A DNA stretch of 64,000 bases, from the NCBI GenBank assembly GCA_037447605.1, contig CM074806.1:1612001-1676000 (forward strand), read 5' to 3'. Positions 36,401-48,400 of this stretch are shown piece after piece. Below the pieces are notes generated by a model. The model worked only from the letters and a program-made list of their open reading frames with translations, did not search any database and was not told where the DNA came from. How positions within the stretch are numbered: position 1 is the first letter of the stretch; every line of letters begins with the position of its first letter. This DNA comes from Zygnema circumcarinatum SAG 698-1b (lineage: Eukaryota > Plantae > Zygnematophyceae). Both the position numbers and the translations under genes were made by a program.

Positions 36401-37203
36401 CATGACTCAGGTCTATCAAGAATCAAGCGAAAGTAAAAAGCACGATGACAAACTCAACAGAACAGAAAAGGTAAACTAAAAAATCTTTGACACTATTTGT
36501 TTCCTGGTGTGCTCTGTACATAAATGTGCCCCTTCCTCCTCCCTGGAAATGTTTACATCATGTCCTCACTGACCGTAAGATTGTCTCCAGGAGCCAGCGC
36601 TAGCGCACAGAGCTCTAGTTGCGCTTGGCAGAGAGCCACGAAGTCTTCGCTAGGCGCAGAAAATATTGCAGAATCGGGACTAGGACATCCTTGCTGTGGC
36701 CTCACAACCTTCACCACCGTGGAAGATGCAGCCCCTAGGGCAGCTGCAATGGCTAGACCCGCACTCCACGAATCCTGTCCGCCACCTTGTTCTGCTGGAG
36801 TAGGATCCACACCTGCCTCTCCAGCAAAGGAGCTTCTGCTTGTCGACGCTCCCCCAGCAGTCTCACGCTCTTGCCTCACGCGCGCAGCTGAATCCAGTTG
36901 TGGCTCCCATGGCGAAGCGCCAGACTCTGCTGTTGAAACTACGCCGGCCTGAGACATAAAAGAAGAGCAGAGTCCTGGAAAGATCCTACCCCTCGACTTC
37001 CCTGAACGTGCCCCGAACGACGCTGCATGCCCTGCAGAGCTGTAGACGGCAGGGGACAAGAGCAGACGCGCGCCATCCAAACTGCCACTGACGGACATGG
37101 TGCCACTCATGCTGCAGCCCACCCTAGCCCCTTCATCCACCCCGCGTTCTGCAGCAGCGAGCCCCGCAGTCGAGCACGCGACCCCCCGCCCCGCGACAGC
37201 CAT
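33446..37203 (-). CDS. CSK: Chloroplast sensor kinase (Hik2-derived) homologue; 3' end uncertain
   Basis: Exons at 36574-37203 (SEDFVALCQAQL), 35814-35987 (VYVRTPESYTTGQLELRCVACHP), ~35508-35614 (LVLPLAKGSFLVGLLVVE), ~35091-35388 (LALACVLDQ), 34807-34872, 34362-34430, ~34006-34098 (DIVEGMIIQGDRMKDVFDKLQ) and from 33724 downwards. These follow the GAF and DHp regions of plant CSK as I recall them. Confidence 0.88.
35397..35421 (+). repeat. (CA)n microsatellite in a CSK intron
   Basis: About 12 AC units. Confidence 0.9.
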
Positions 37204-37413
37204 GGCGCGCTCTCCTCTCTCTTCCTAGCCAGTCTTCAGCGTTGGACGTCGAGAAACGTTTCGAAGCGAGTACGTCGATGTGTCCCATTTCACGCAAATG
37301 CCGGTACTTATTTTTCATAACGGGAACTGCCCGCGGAGCAGCAGCGCGCCCTTCTGAACACGCGGCACTCGCCGCGGGAGTGTATCGATCGGACGGTGGG
37401 GAGGCCCTTTGAA

Positions 37414-37460
37414 CACGTGGCGCGCGGGCAGAGTCCCGTCGCACGTGCGGGCGCCACGTC
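37414..37460. promoter_or_regulatory. G-box cluster in the CSK/pyruvate kinase divergent promoter
   Basis: CACGTG at 37414 and 37442, and CACGTC at ~37455. Confidence 0.45.
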
Positions 37461-37691
37461 ATCCCCGTGCGGCCTCTCTCACGCCAGCGCGGGGCCTGGG
37501 CGGGGCCGCGCGCGTTCTCCGCGCGCCGACGGCTGCCCGCCGCCGCCTCGCCCGGGACGAAAGAACGAGAGGGAGAGGGAGAGGGAAAGAGTGAGAAGCA
37601 GAGCGAGCGAGACGAGAGGGAAAGGGAGAGCGAGAGAGACGAGAGGGAAACGGAAAGGGAGAGAGAGAGAGAGGCAGAGGGAGAGGGCGCC

Positions 37692-40600
37692 ATGGAGGCT
37701 CTGTGCAGGTCACCGGCGCTAGTTTGGAGCTCCGGCACAAGCGGCGGGAGTGCGGTCGCGTGGAAGGCGTATGAGGGCTTGCGCAGGGCGCTGCCTGCGG
37801 CTGCGAGGGCGGCTGCAGGCCAACAAGGCGTGGCGGGAAGGCGCGAACAGAGCGGCGTGCGGGCGTCGGCGCTGAAGGGCACAAGGCGGCTGGAGCTGCT
37901 GCCTGTCAGCCCGGAGGACGAGAAGCTTCAGCCTATGAGGTGTGAATGCGGCTCTTGCTTTCTTTCTTTTTCTTTCGGCTCTTTTTTTTTCTTTTCTCTT
38001 TCTTGTTAGAGGCAGGATTTACTTAGAAAGATAGACTTACACTAATGTGCATCACGAGTTGTAAGCTCTTCTTTTCACTTTTTTCCTTTCTTTCCTTTTT
38101 GCTGAAGTATAGAGTAAGGCTTCTAGAAGGTTCTTTGACCATGGTCTCCTATGACGTCTGATCGACTGATGCTGGCGAAGTTCTTTTCCATGAAAGTCGG
38201 CAATCACTCATGCATTTATCCATACTATTAGATGTCCTCCGACTGCCTTTAGGCCCCATGTTTGCAGCTTCAAAAGCCTTCGTTGTCTGTTCTTGCATTG
38301 GACGCCTTTGTTTCTTTGCGGGATCGGTCAAGCAAACAGCCATTTCTAGCAGTTGCACGTGGTTATCAAGTTCGACAGCAGTTGAAATGGGGAGTTGAAG
38401 AGTAATAGATTGATGAGGAAGGGAAGAAAGAAAGAAAGAAAGGGGGCTTGGCTTCATCAGTGCCATGTGTGAATATTCTTTTTACAGCAGGTCATTACCA
38501 AGAACATTTTATCCAAACGGAGAGATTTTCTAGATTTTTCCTATTAAATTTATGTGCTACATTGCACTATCCAATCGTTTCCTTTCCGAGTGTTCTTTTC
38601 TCAGGCAGCAATCTTCAGTTTATGAATCGCATAGATGACTTGCTTAAGAAGCATTGTCATATCATTAAACTTGACATGTAGACTACTCTGGGCTCACCTT
38701 CACAGACCATTGTGCCATGTGTTCAGACCTCGACCTCTTTTTCGTCTTCTTGGTTACTGCACATTCTGTGTCATGCGACAAAAACTTTAGTGCCGTTTGT
38801 ATTCATACATTTTTCTTCGAAATGTTTCCAGCTGCATTTTCGACAGCTGCAGTATTTTGTTGCCTCACTCATTCAGATACCAAACAGGAAGTGAAAGAGT
38901 TTGTTGCCAGAATGCTTCGCTTTTGAAGAAAGCTACAGGAGACAATAGGTCCTTCACTTACTATTTGGGCTATGCATGATTCGTATCCCTTAAGTGATGT
39001 AATGCGGCATTGCCTTCTTTCTTCCTTTATGGACAGTTATACGTATGAGGAACAGCGGAGGTCTGCCCAAGGAGCGTTCGTAGAGGAAATGCAAGACGAT
39101 AACTTATATGGTGTACGTAATGACGGCCTCTCGCGCATGGCGTGGACGCAACCCACCTTTCAGCGGAAAACTAAAATCGTCTGTACCATTGGTCCTACAA
39201 GGTGCCTTATTTGGTCCAATTTTTTGATACAGAAGCAGAAGTCGTGGAGATGCAGAGAACATTTGCAATTACCACTTGCCAATTTGGCTAATCTGAATCT
39301 TGTGTCGTGCAAGTTCAAGAGGAGCAAACAATCGAGCATTCTGCATATCCTTTTGTTTCCATGGCACCTGTTGCACCTGTCGAATCCGTTTGTGTTCATT
39401 TTTGTGGTGCTTCCAGAAATTCTGGTGGGATTGAGGGAAGTTTCCTGGAGATTGACGGAGAGTTTCGTGTGGCTGCAGTAACACCCGAGAATTGATCTGG
39501 AAGCTGGCGGAGGCAGGCATGAATGTGGCCCGTCTGAACATGAGCCATGGAGACCACGCCAGTCACCTGAAAGTCATCGAATTAGTTCGCGAGTATAACG
39601 AGCATCCCGGATCCAATGTGATTGCTATTATGTTGGACACAAAGGTAACTTCTGCTCTTCAGCATAGTTGGTCCACTCTGTTTCAATATTTATGTACTGA
39701 TATTGCAAGGTATGAATGTTTTTTTGCTAACTTTTGCTTTTTACTTTTGCCTGAAACACGACCTTTAAGAGTTTCGCTCACTTAACAGCTGGGCCTTGTC
39801 GAACATGAAGAACATAAACTTGCTTGCAGCAGTCAACACTCACTACTTGATTATGCCTTCGTTCAGGGGCCCGAGGTTCGCAGTGGCGACGTCCCATCCC
39901 CCATCTTTTTGAAGAAGGGTGACCCCCTTACCTTCACCATTCAACGAGGTATCAGCAAAGAAAATTGTGTTAGCGTGAACTACGATGGTTTCATCGGAGA
40001 TGTCGATGTTGGGGACACTATTCTTGTTGACGGTAAGGAAATACTTGTACTGCTTGCTTTGTGAAAGCATTTTTTTTTAAGGAACTCTTATATCTGCGTT
40101 CGTAATAACTGGGTCAAATTGATCAAGTATTGTCCTGTATACTAGGACGAAGCTTTCATTGTCCGTGAAGTTTCGATGGAAGGGAAACATGAAATTTATT
40201 CTACCTGTTCCTGGATTGTTCATTGCGAATGAGTAGATGGAAGTAATCTCCTCCTTTCTTTTTGCAGGAGGTATGATGGCTATGGAGGTGAAGGAGAAAA
40301 CAAACGACTCCGTTTGTTGTGTGGTGTTGGACGGAGGTGATCTCAAGTCTCGTCGTCATCTTAACGTACGAGGGAAGAGCGCTACATTGCCTTCGATAAC
40401 AGGTGAGCCTGTAGCTTTTCAGTCAGTAGCCTTTTATTTCACCAGGCTGTCATGTATGGTCCTTTAGAATTCTGGCAGCTTGCAACTTGTGAATGTGTCA
40501 ATCGGATGGTGATGCAAATTGGCTGGTGAAGAGTGGGTGCAGAGAAAGATTGGGAAGACATTAAGTTTGGCATCGAGCATGGAGTGGACTTCTATGCACT

Positions 40601-43108
40601 CTCATTTGTGAAAGATGCTCAGGTGGTGCATGAACTCAAGTCCTACTTGAAAGGTTTGACCCTCTCATCTCTTCACTTTTCTTTCTGGAGATGTTGCTGT
40701 GATAGACTTCGCACGGAATTTCCGGAGGAATATTGGTGGCAGTCGGTATTACTTCACTAATGGCTGGGAGTGGCCATCGGTATGTTGCATGCAGAACAAG
40801 GAGCCGACATCAATGTCATTGTGAAAATTGAGAGTGCCGATTCTATCCCCAATTTGCACTCCATTCTGGACGCATCCGATGGGGTGAGTAGCCATCGTAG
40901 GCCCCTCCCAGCCTCTCTTTGCCTCTCTCGGTCCTCTCTTTGCTTTGAGGGTAGCACCGCAAAGCCTTCAGAGATACAAAAAGGGATATTTTCTCAATGG
41001 AGACCTTGACACGTTAACAGCAGGAAAGGAATCTAAGTCAAATGATTGGTTTGCCAGTGTCTTTGACGGCATTTGGCCATATCTTTGTAAGTAAGCGTGT
41101 AGTCCTTGTATTCAGTCCAATTTTTTCCGGTTTTGTCTCTTCTTGATTTTGCTTTGCAGAGAATACCACAGTCAATCTGCAGATTACTGGAAAAAGCGTC
41201 CATAGGTCTTATCTTCTGCTGTTTTGTTTGAGCCGTTAGATTTAGAGAGTCCTTAGACAAGATCCTATGTTAGTTGGGTTATGAATGAAAATTGTTAGCT
41301 TACCTAGGTGATTGATCAGTAACCTTCACTGTTCTGCTGCAGGCTATGGTAGCCCGTGGAGATTTGGGTGCAGAGCTGCCGATTGAAGAAGTGCCTCTCT
41401 TGCAGGTGTGTGGGTTCACTCCATCCGTTGTGTACAATGTGTGAAATTTCTCTAATAGAATAGTGTTACCTGATGTGGGGCTGCACGGGTGGCATATTTG
41501 CATGTATGCTCTCAAGTGCTTTGGTTTGTGAAAGATCCCTTGAAAGCCGCTTCATGGTGACGGTGTGATATGGGAATGCAGAAGGAAATTATTCGCATTG
41601 CGCGCTCTATGGGAAAGCCGTGCATTGTGGCGACAAATATGCTTGAGAGCATGATTGCTCATCCTACTCCGACCAGGGCGGAAGTATCCGATATAGCTAT
41701 AGCGGTGCGAGAGGGAGCTGATGCAGTTATGCTGTCTGGAGAGACGGCTCATGGAAAGTGCGTATTCAAGCACTGCACTGTTCATTTATGGATGCTCTTC
41801 AATTTGAAGTTACTTTTTCCTGTATGGGTAGTATGGGGTATTGTTGTCCCTGCAAACTACCACTTGACTGTGCCCAACATGTTGAAGCCTTAATTTGGGG
41901 ATGTAACAGCAGAAAATGATGCCTCTGATGATACTGTTCTGTTGTCCAATAGTCTAACTTCCAGTTTCGGACTTCATTATGTGCCACCCTCTGCAGTGAA
42001 TGTTGTCAGAACTTTTGGCGTTGTTATTCCATTACTGAGAACGGGTAACTTCAGAGACGGGTTGCTGTATTTGATGGTACAACATTGCGTTTGATTGTGT
42101 GGGAGGGGACGGCAGGTATCCTCTGAAAGCTGTTCGAGTGATGCACACTGTTGCCATGCGGACGGAGGCCACAATGCCGGAGACCCAACCCCCTGCCAAC
42201 CTTGGCCGGGCTTTCAAGGTAAGGTTACAGGAGGCTATGAATGGGCCACCAGTGTTCCCCACTTGACAAAGTATGTCTCGCCTTTTAAGGAATGTGCTCA
42301 CAGAGAAGTTCGGACAGAGCGAGTGTTTATGAAAAGGAAGAAGCTTGAATCTGAAGTATTGAACCGGCTTTGTGGGTGCAGAATCACATGAGTGAAATGT
42401 TTGCTTTTCATGCCACCATGATGGCCAACACACTTGGAGCCTCCATTCTTGTATTTACGCGGAGTGGCTTCATGGCTACTCTTCTCAGCCATTATCGCCC
42501 TGTTGGCACCACTTTCGCCTTTACAAATGAGTATGTCTATGGCCCTCTGACTTGCCCTTTGCCTATGCAACCGTTGTTCGTGAAATTGCGATTGGGCGAG
42601 TATGGAGTATCTTGGTTGAGGACCCTCCACGGCAGTCTGGGTGTTGTCTCAGCGACTCTTTCTTGTCGGTTTAACCAACGTTGTGCGTGTTGGAGGTGCA
42701 GGAAGCGAGTGCAGCAGCGGTTGGCTCTCTACCACGGCGTCCGCGCTCTGTACATTCCATTCTCTAGTGACGCCGAACAGACGTTTGCAAGCGCTCTGGA
42801 AGTGCTCAAGGTGAGCTTTGACCGCAAAAGCAGCTGTCATGGTTCGTTCAAGGAGGCTTGGGAGACACTCTAGTCGTAGGAATCTTTGAGAATCTAAGAA
42901 AAGCCTATGTTTCCCTCACTGCATTCTTGAAAATCTGTCAGACCTACCGTTTGGATGAATGCGCTGACAGAGAGATTGTGGGAAGCACGTGCAGAAGCGA
43001 GGCATGGTGAAGGCTGGAGAGGAGGTGGCCCTTGTTCAGAGCGGTCGGCAGCCCATTTGGCGCACAGAGTCTACGCATCACATTCAAGTGCGCACTGTCC
43101 GCCCATGA
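37692..43108 (+). CDS. Plastidial pyruvate kinase (beta/PKp2-like), 13 exons
   Basis: Transit peptide followed by [79 protein letters not shown] and a terminal [15 protein letters not shown]. All junctions are GT-AG. Confidence 0.97.
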
Positions 43109-43544
43109 AGGCACACAATAACGGCCAGGAGTCGGCTATGGAGGGCAGAGGTAGGTAGGGCATGTTGGAGGAAGTTGAAGAGTAGAAGAAAAAGAAATTC
43201 TTTTGTCTGAAAACATTGATATCTCCCTCCCTCCTTCCCTCCTTGTCCGTCCGTCCGTCCGTGGGGCTCTCTCAAGATGCCTGACATGGAAGTGAGTGGA
43301 GATGACACCATTAAGGGGAGTCAGACCTTAGACCATCGCTTACGAAATTCCCGAATTCCTTATATTAAAAGTCACTTCTTTCGTGTACGAATCCCGGGTC
43401 GCGATCCGCGGCTTCGCCGAACTCAGCCGTACCGAAACGCGTACCTAGCCAATGCTTAATTCCCCCTACCACTTCACTTCACTGCCGTTTTTGGGCCATC
43501 TTTGCACTTGAATGTTGGTCGGGGGTCAGGGGAAGAGGTTATAC

Positions 43545-43576
43545 AAAACCCTAAAACCTAAAAACCCTAGAACCCT
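43545..43576 (+). repeat. Degenerate telomere-like / telo-box repeats
   Basis: AAAACCCTAAAACCTAAAAACCCTAGAACCCT, four degenerate CCCTAAA(A)-type units. Confidence 0.55.
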
Positions 43577-43633
43577 CTAAATTTTAAAGGCAAATGATAC
43601 TCCCCCCCCCCGCCTGGCTTTGGATATCCCGCC

Positions 43634-44122
43634 TCTTTTTTTTCTGAAATTCTGCCCTTTGATGTTTGCTATTCTTCCCCCCATTTTGGATATTTCGGGA
43701 GGAGATAACCCCTCCCCTCCCCCCCCTTCCTCTGCCCTCCCTTCCCGTCCCGTCCCCTCCCCTCCCCTCCCCACATCTTCCCTCCCCTCCCCGCCCTTGC
43801 CCTCCCGTCCCCTCTCCTCCCCTCCCCACATCTTCCCTCCCCTCCCCGCCCTTGCCCTCCCGTCCCCCCTCCCCTCCCCTCCCTCCCATCCCCTCCCCTG
43901 CCCTGCCCTGCCCTAAGTCATGATCAAGCACTACAAGCACGAAGGATTTCACATCAAGATCGGCAAGCTTAGCGACAGCCGCTGACTCTACTCTCTCTCT
44001 CTCTCTCGCCTCTGCTTTGCTCTCTCTCTTGCGCTGATGATGAGAAGGAGAAAATAGGGGGGGGGGTATCCAAAACAGGGGGGGAATAGCCAAAATTAAA
44101 TGGCGGAATTTCAGAAGAAAGG
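43634..44122. mobile_element. Putative second inverted-repeat element, right end lost in an assembly gap
   Basis: 43634-43692 (TTCTGAAATTCTGCCCTTTGATGTTTGCTATTC...TTTTGGATA) is an imperfect reverse complement of 44067-44122. The interior is a C/T-rich tract plus a short ORF, and Ns start at 44123. Confidence 0.55.
43695..43915 (+). repeat. Polypyrimidine low-complexity tract with an internal ~55-bp tandem duplication
   Basis: CCCCACATCTTCCCTCCCCTCCCCGCCCTTGCCCTCCCGTCCCC occurs twice (~43769 and ~43824), and the tract ends in (CCCTG)3. Confidence 0.85.
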
Positions 44123-44222
44123 NNNNNNNNNNNNNNNNNNNNNNNNNNNNNNNNNNNNNNNNNNNNNNNNNNNNNNNNNNNNNNNNNNNNNNNNNNNNNN
44201 NNNNNNNNNNNNNNNNNNNNNN
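44123..44222. other. Assembly gap (100 N)
   Basis: Run of exactly 100 N, a conventional placeholder length. Confidence 0.99.
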
Positions 44223-45487
44223 GTGAGCTGCAGGCGTGGCGCTTTTAGCCACCGTGCTCTTTGTGGCATTGTACTCGTTTGGAATTCGGGCCCAGCACAC
44301 TTTCCGGCAGCTTGAGGGGGGGTCCAGCACCGTGGCAGCGGCAGAGTTGGGAAGCTATCCGAATGGGGAGGGGAAGAAGGGGCTGCCAACTGTCATTGAG
44401 TAGCCCTCGAAGCTTTCCAAGGCTTATGTACTTTTTTAAATTCGTTTTTCTTAACTTTATGGGGGCGAATTATCGTAGTGAAACGGGGAAAACATGCAGC
44501 AGTGGCCGCAGTAGGAGGGGCTTCGTAATAAAGGGATGGCTTAGGGCTCAATAAGAAGCCTTCTGCTGCAATATCCGCCATTCGGTGAATAAAGTCTTCC
44601 TTTAAAGTGATATTGTGCAGTTAACTCTTAATAGCGTTGACGCAGACTTTTTGTAAGCTTTTCACCTTCTTCCTTTAGTAAGGGGAACCTTTTCAAAAGA
44701 TTCCATGGCATTCCACGTTAGTGATCGAGGACTTTTTTTAAACAAAGTCCATTATAAATAAGGTAGATAGCATTGTAATGTACTGCCCGTGGTTGCCTGT
44801 CGTCTGGTCGATTTGTAGCTTCCAGTAGAAGTGAAAGAACGCAGTTGAGAATATGCTGCAGTCCTGCTCCCCAAAATGGGGGTTATTGTCTTTAAACCAA
44901 GTACAGATTAATGCAGCTTCTCTGATTACACGGTGTGCTGGACCCCAACAGAGCACAGGTTCACTGTTCCAGATTTTTTCTATCGGCAGCTTTGATCTCA
45001 GGGAGACGTGGCAAGATGCAACCCCTTCAGAGAAGAGAGCCAGTCAACATTGCGCCAAAAGGAATGACATTGCTGCATGTGACCCAAGAGTGAGGTTAAA
45101 TAAGTTTTTGCCCTTTCGCATTGTTTGATGCTGCTTCGGGCATAATAAACAAAGGAATTCAGCATTACGTCGACATATAGGAAATGACAACGAGGCAATG
45201 CAATTAGAGGAAATTACAGAAGTAACTGGAAGAAATAAGGTGCCTTGCCTTATTCTCAACTAACGTCAATGGATTACGGGCACCGTTCTGACCTACCCCT
45301 CCCAAAAACGCCCATTTTAACAGGCAAGGAAGTTAATTGTGAAGTACCAAGTCAATGCAGTGGGCATCCTGAAGATTGCCCTTCAATTTGAATGGTTATT
45401 AAAGTAAGAAATATTGAAGCAATGTTCCATGGCAAAATGTGTTCATATTAACTTTCGTCACCACTCCTCCCACCTCCCCCATTATCA

Positions 45488-48400
45488 TCAGGCTGCCTTC
45501 TCATGTGTAGAGCGGATGGGCTTGAGGCGCCTCTTCAGCAGCGAAATTAGTTCGTCTTTGGTTCGGGCCTTCTGGCCGATGTTTACATACCTGCAAGGCA
45601 CAAGAAACTGCCAAATGTGAAGAATGGAATTACGGAAACGGTTAGACCATGCATGGATGCTTCATGTACAATTGGAAGGCCATGTCTCGATGCTGCCCAG
45701 TTACTTTGAATGCTGCCAAGCCCCTCAAAATCATTAAGCATGCTGCTTCAGAACCACTCAGACTCTCATTCTTCCCACCTGAAGGTTTAAAATAGAAGGC
45801 CAGGAGCAAGACTCCACTGTCATATTTTTGTGAAGAGTGAAAGGAGCTTATCAGAGCTATAAAAGCTAAATGCTCACCGGTCCGCCAGCACTCCCAATTG
45901 TCCCGTGAAGACAAGAAGACCAACGTCAAAGAAGCCAACGGTCTGCAGAATGGTTACGACCGCTCCAGTGAGGACAAAGCTTCTAAAACAGCAGTCTATC
46001 AAAAAGCTCTTCGAAGAGAAAAGGATGTGGTATTTAAGTGCCTTCGAAGGACCTTTTGCACTTGACGGCTATACCGAGACTCACAGGGGTAGCGAGTGTG
46101 TTTCAATCATCGTACTGGAGTTTGACGTAGCTTCAGACCATTACTACATCACAACCAACAGCTCCTCCATTAACTGACCTCGAAGACGAGGGCATCTTCC
46201 TCAGCGTGCTTGTCCAACGTTTCCATAAAGCGTGAAGGAAGTTCCGACCTGTACAGCGGATGGTGTCACGGACACATCATGTCTCACTCGGCAGAACTCA
46301 CAAGGCGGCGATGTTTCAAGAAGGATTGAAAGATGAGCAGCCTACCAGTGCAGCTTGGAGTTGACATGATGGACAATGTGGTACCCGTCGTTGAACGTTT
46401 TCTGATTGTCACCTGCGTTGACCAGATTGTAGCTGCTCACCAATCCACACGCTCACCATCCCGCCCCAAGTGCATCTCTCAGCATAGACCTGCTTTACGA
46501 AACAAAGGCTTGCTCGAGGAGCGAGGTGTGATAAAAAAGAAAAAAGAAGGGAGCATTGAAGAGGCGTGAGGGGTCAATATTAAGGGAGATGAAGCAAGAG
46601 GGAGCAGAAGACACTTTCACAAAAGAAAGACTGCACTGCAGAGAATGTGGAGGAATATGAGCCCACGTGAGAGCATAATTATTGCGGGAATGTTCCGGGT
46701 CCACAAAAATATGTTGACTCCAGTTGCCAAACATCATGGCCAGAGAAGCGACGAAGAAGGGGATCACCATCACCTGCCAGCTCCACATTTCGTCAGCTTC
46801 ATTCACTGTTTATCTTCAAACTGCGCTATGGTTCATCCAATCCATGCAAGCAGCCGTTCTTAGGATAGTAAAGCAATGTGGACTGAAAGAGCAAAACAGC
46901 AGCAGGTCTCTCGCTCAATGTACGCAGGAATGCGTGGCACACTCACCCAAAGTGTGGCCACAGGAAACGATTTGTACAGAAAATAGCCCAAGGAGCTGCC
47001 ACCAACTCCCCCAGCACGAGACGAATAGTTTTCCTCAGCACATTCTCCAAATGTGTATAGGCTTCCCGTTATCAATTGAAGGTCTACACTGACAGTACCC
47101 GGTTCATGATGGAAGCAACAATTCTTAGAGCAGCATTTCAAACACCGGAAAAGCGGGTTCTGTGGAAGGTAGAGGCGTGCTGCAGCAGCCATACAAAAAG
47201 AATGTGAGGGATGCCACTGCTTTGAGGGCGAGCCCGTAGCGCCGTCTGCGCAGAGCATACCACGGCAGCTCCACCGCTATGGCGGCCCAAAAGCGCACCC
47301 AATACCTGGCAACTCGCAGGTCCATGTGCAGCGTTCAGAGCTTGGCAACGACAGGAACTACACTTTGAATATAAGTACCTACTGTTCCCAAAATGGAGTA
47401 TAGCTATTTTGTTTTTCGCTCTTTCAGTAAGGAGATGAAATGTGTAGGACAATGGTTGATACGTATTGCAGAGTTCCTCGGACCTCATTTGCAGGACATT
47501 CCAATCTACGCCTCCATGGACATGCTTGCGTCGCACTCAAAGAAGAAAAATAGATGCGGTAAAAATGGTGGATGTTTTCACAGTCTTCATGGTCGAACTT
47601 CTCTCCAACATAGAGCAATACATGAGCAAAGAAAATTTAACCAACCCGAGAAATTGCAGAAAGTTATCGCGTTGATAAGGCTCGGTAGAGGAAACATCGT
47701 ATGGAAAGAGATTGTTTTCCTGGAATCGTAAGACCCAAGTTCCTTGAACTTAAACAACACTCTCAAAGCAAAGCGTTATCCACTCTTGAAAGCCAATACA
47801 ATCCTTCAGGTAACTCAATGACAACAGCTGTGGTTGCTAGCGAATGATGTTTGCGAGAGGCACTCACACAGTGATGCATGACAATATGATGGAGGCGGTA
47901 AATGCCTGGAGGGATGCCGTAAAGGACGCAAAGAACGTTCGGGCAAAGTTGTGACAAAACCCAGCCTGCCCACGTGCTTTTGAAAGGCTGCATCCACAAC
48001 CATGCAGTCATGGGTCAGCTTCCCAGAAAAAAAAAGTTGCTGTGAGAAAAGGAGTGGTGCCATCTCGCGCTGTGTGATTCCCCACAACCCGTCTCACCGG
48101 GGAGCAAGCGAACTTGTAAGGTCTCCAAACACTTCCAAAAATCAAACAAAGGGCTCTTGCGTCACTATGTCCAAGGGATATTTGCAGTGCTGTACCACAC
48201 ATAATTTATTGCATAAATTCGTACACATCCAAACTTACTTCTTGAGAAGCACTCTCATGACAAATGCAGCTGCAACTAAATTCTGCCAGTCATACTGTGA
48301 AACATGTTTCAGTTAGTTGCTCAGGGCATTGCTGATTGTTGACACAGAACATGGAAGGTGTCGGAAATGGCGAGAGAATTCGCAATTAACGAACAAATGT

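Noticed and set aside
37546-37559. AW-box match CCTCG-N7-CG upstream of pyruvate kinase
   Set aside because: Only five positions are fixed, so about one chance hit is expected in a GC-rich leader, and I found none in the BCCP leader segments I checked.
43383-43450. tRNA-like GTACGAATCCCGG
   Set aside because: It resembles a T-loop only, with no D-arm, anticodon arm or acceptor stem.
43577-44389. G/R/E-rich and P/S/L-rich ORFs
   Set aside because: They come from the low-complexity tract, and some run through Ns.
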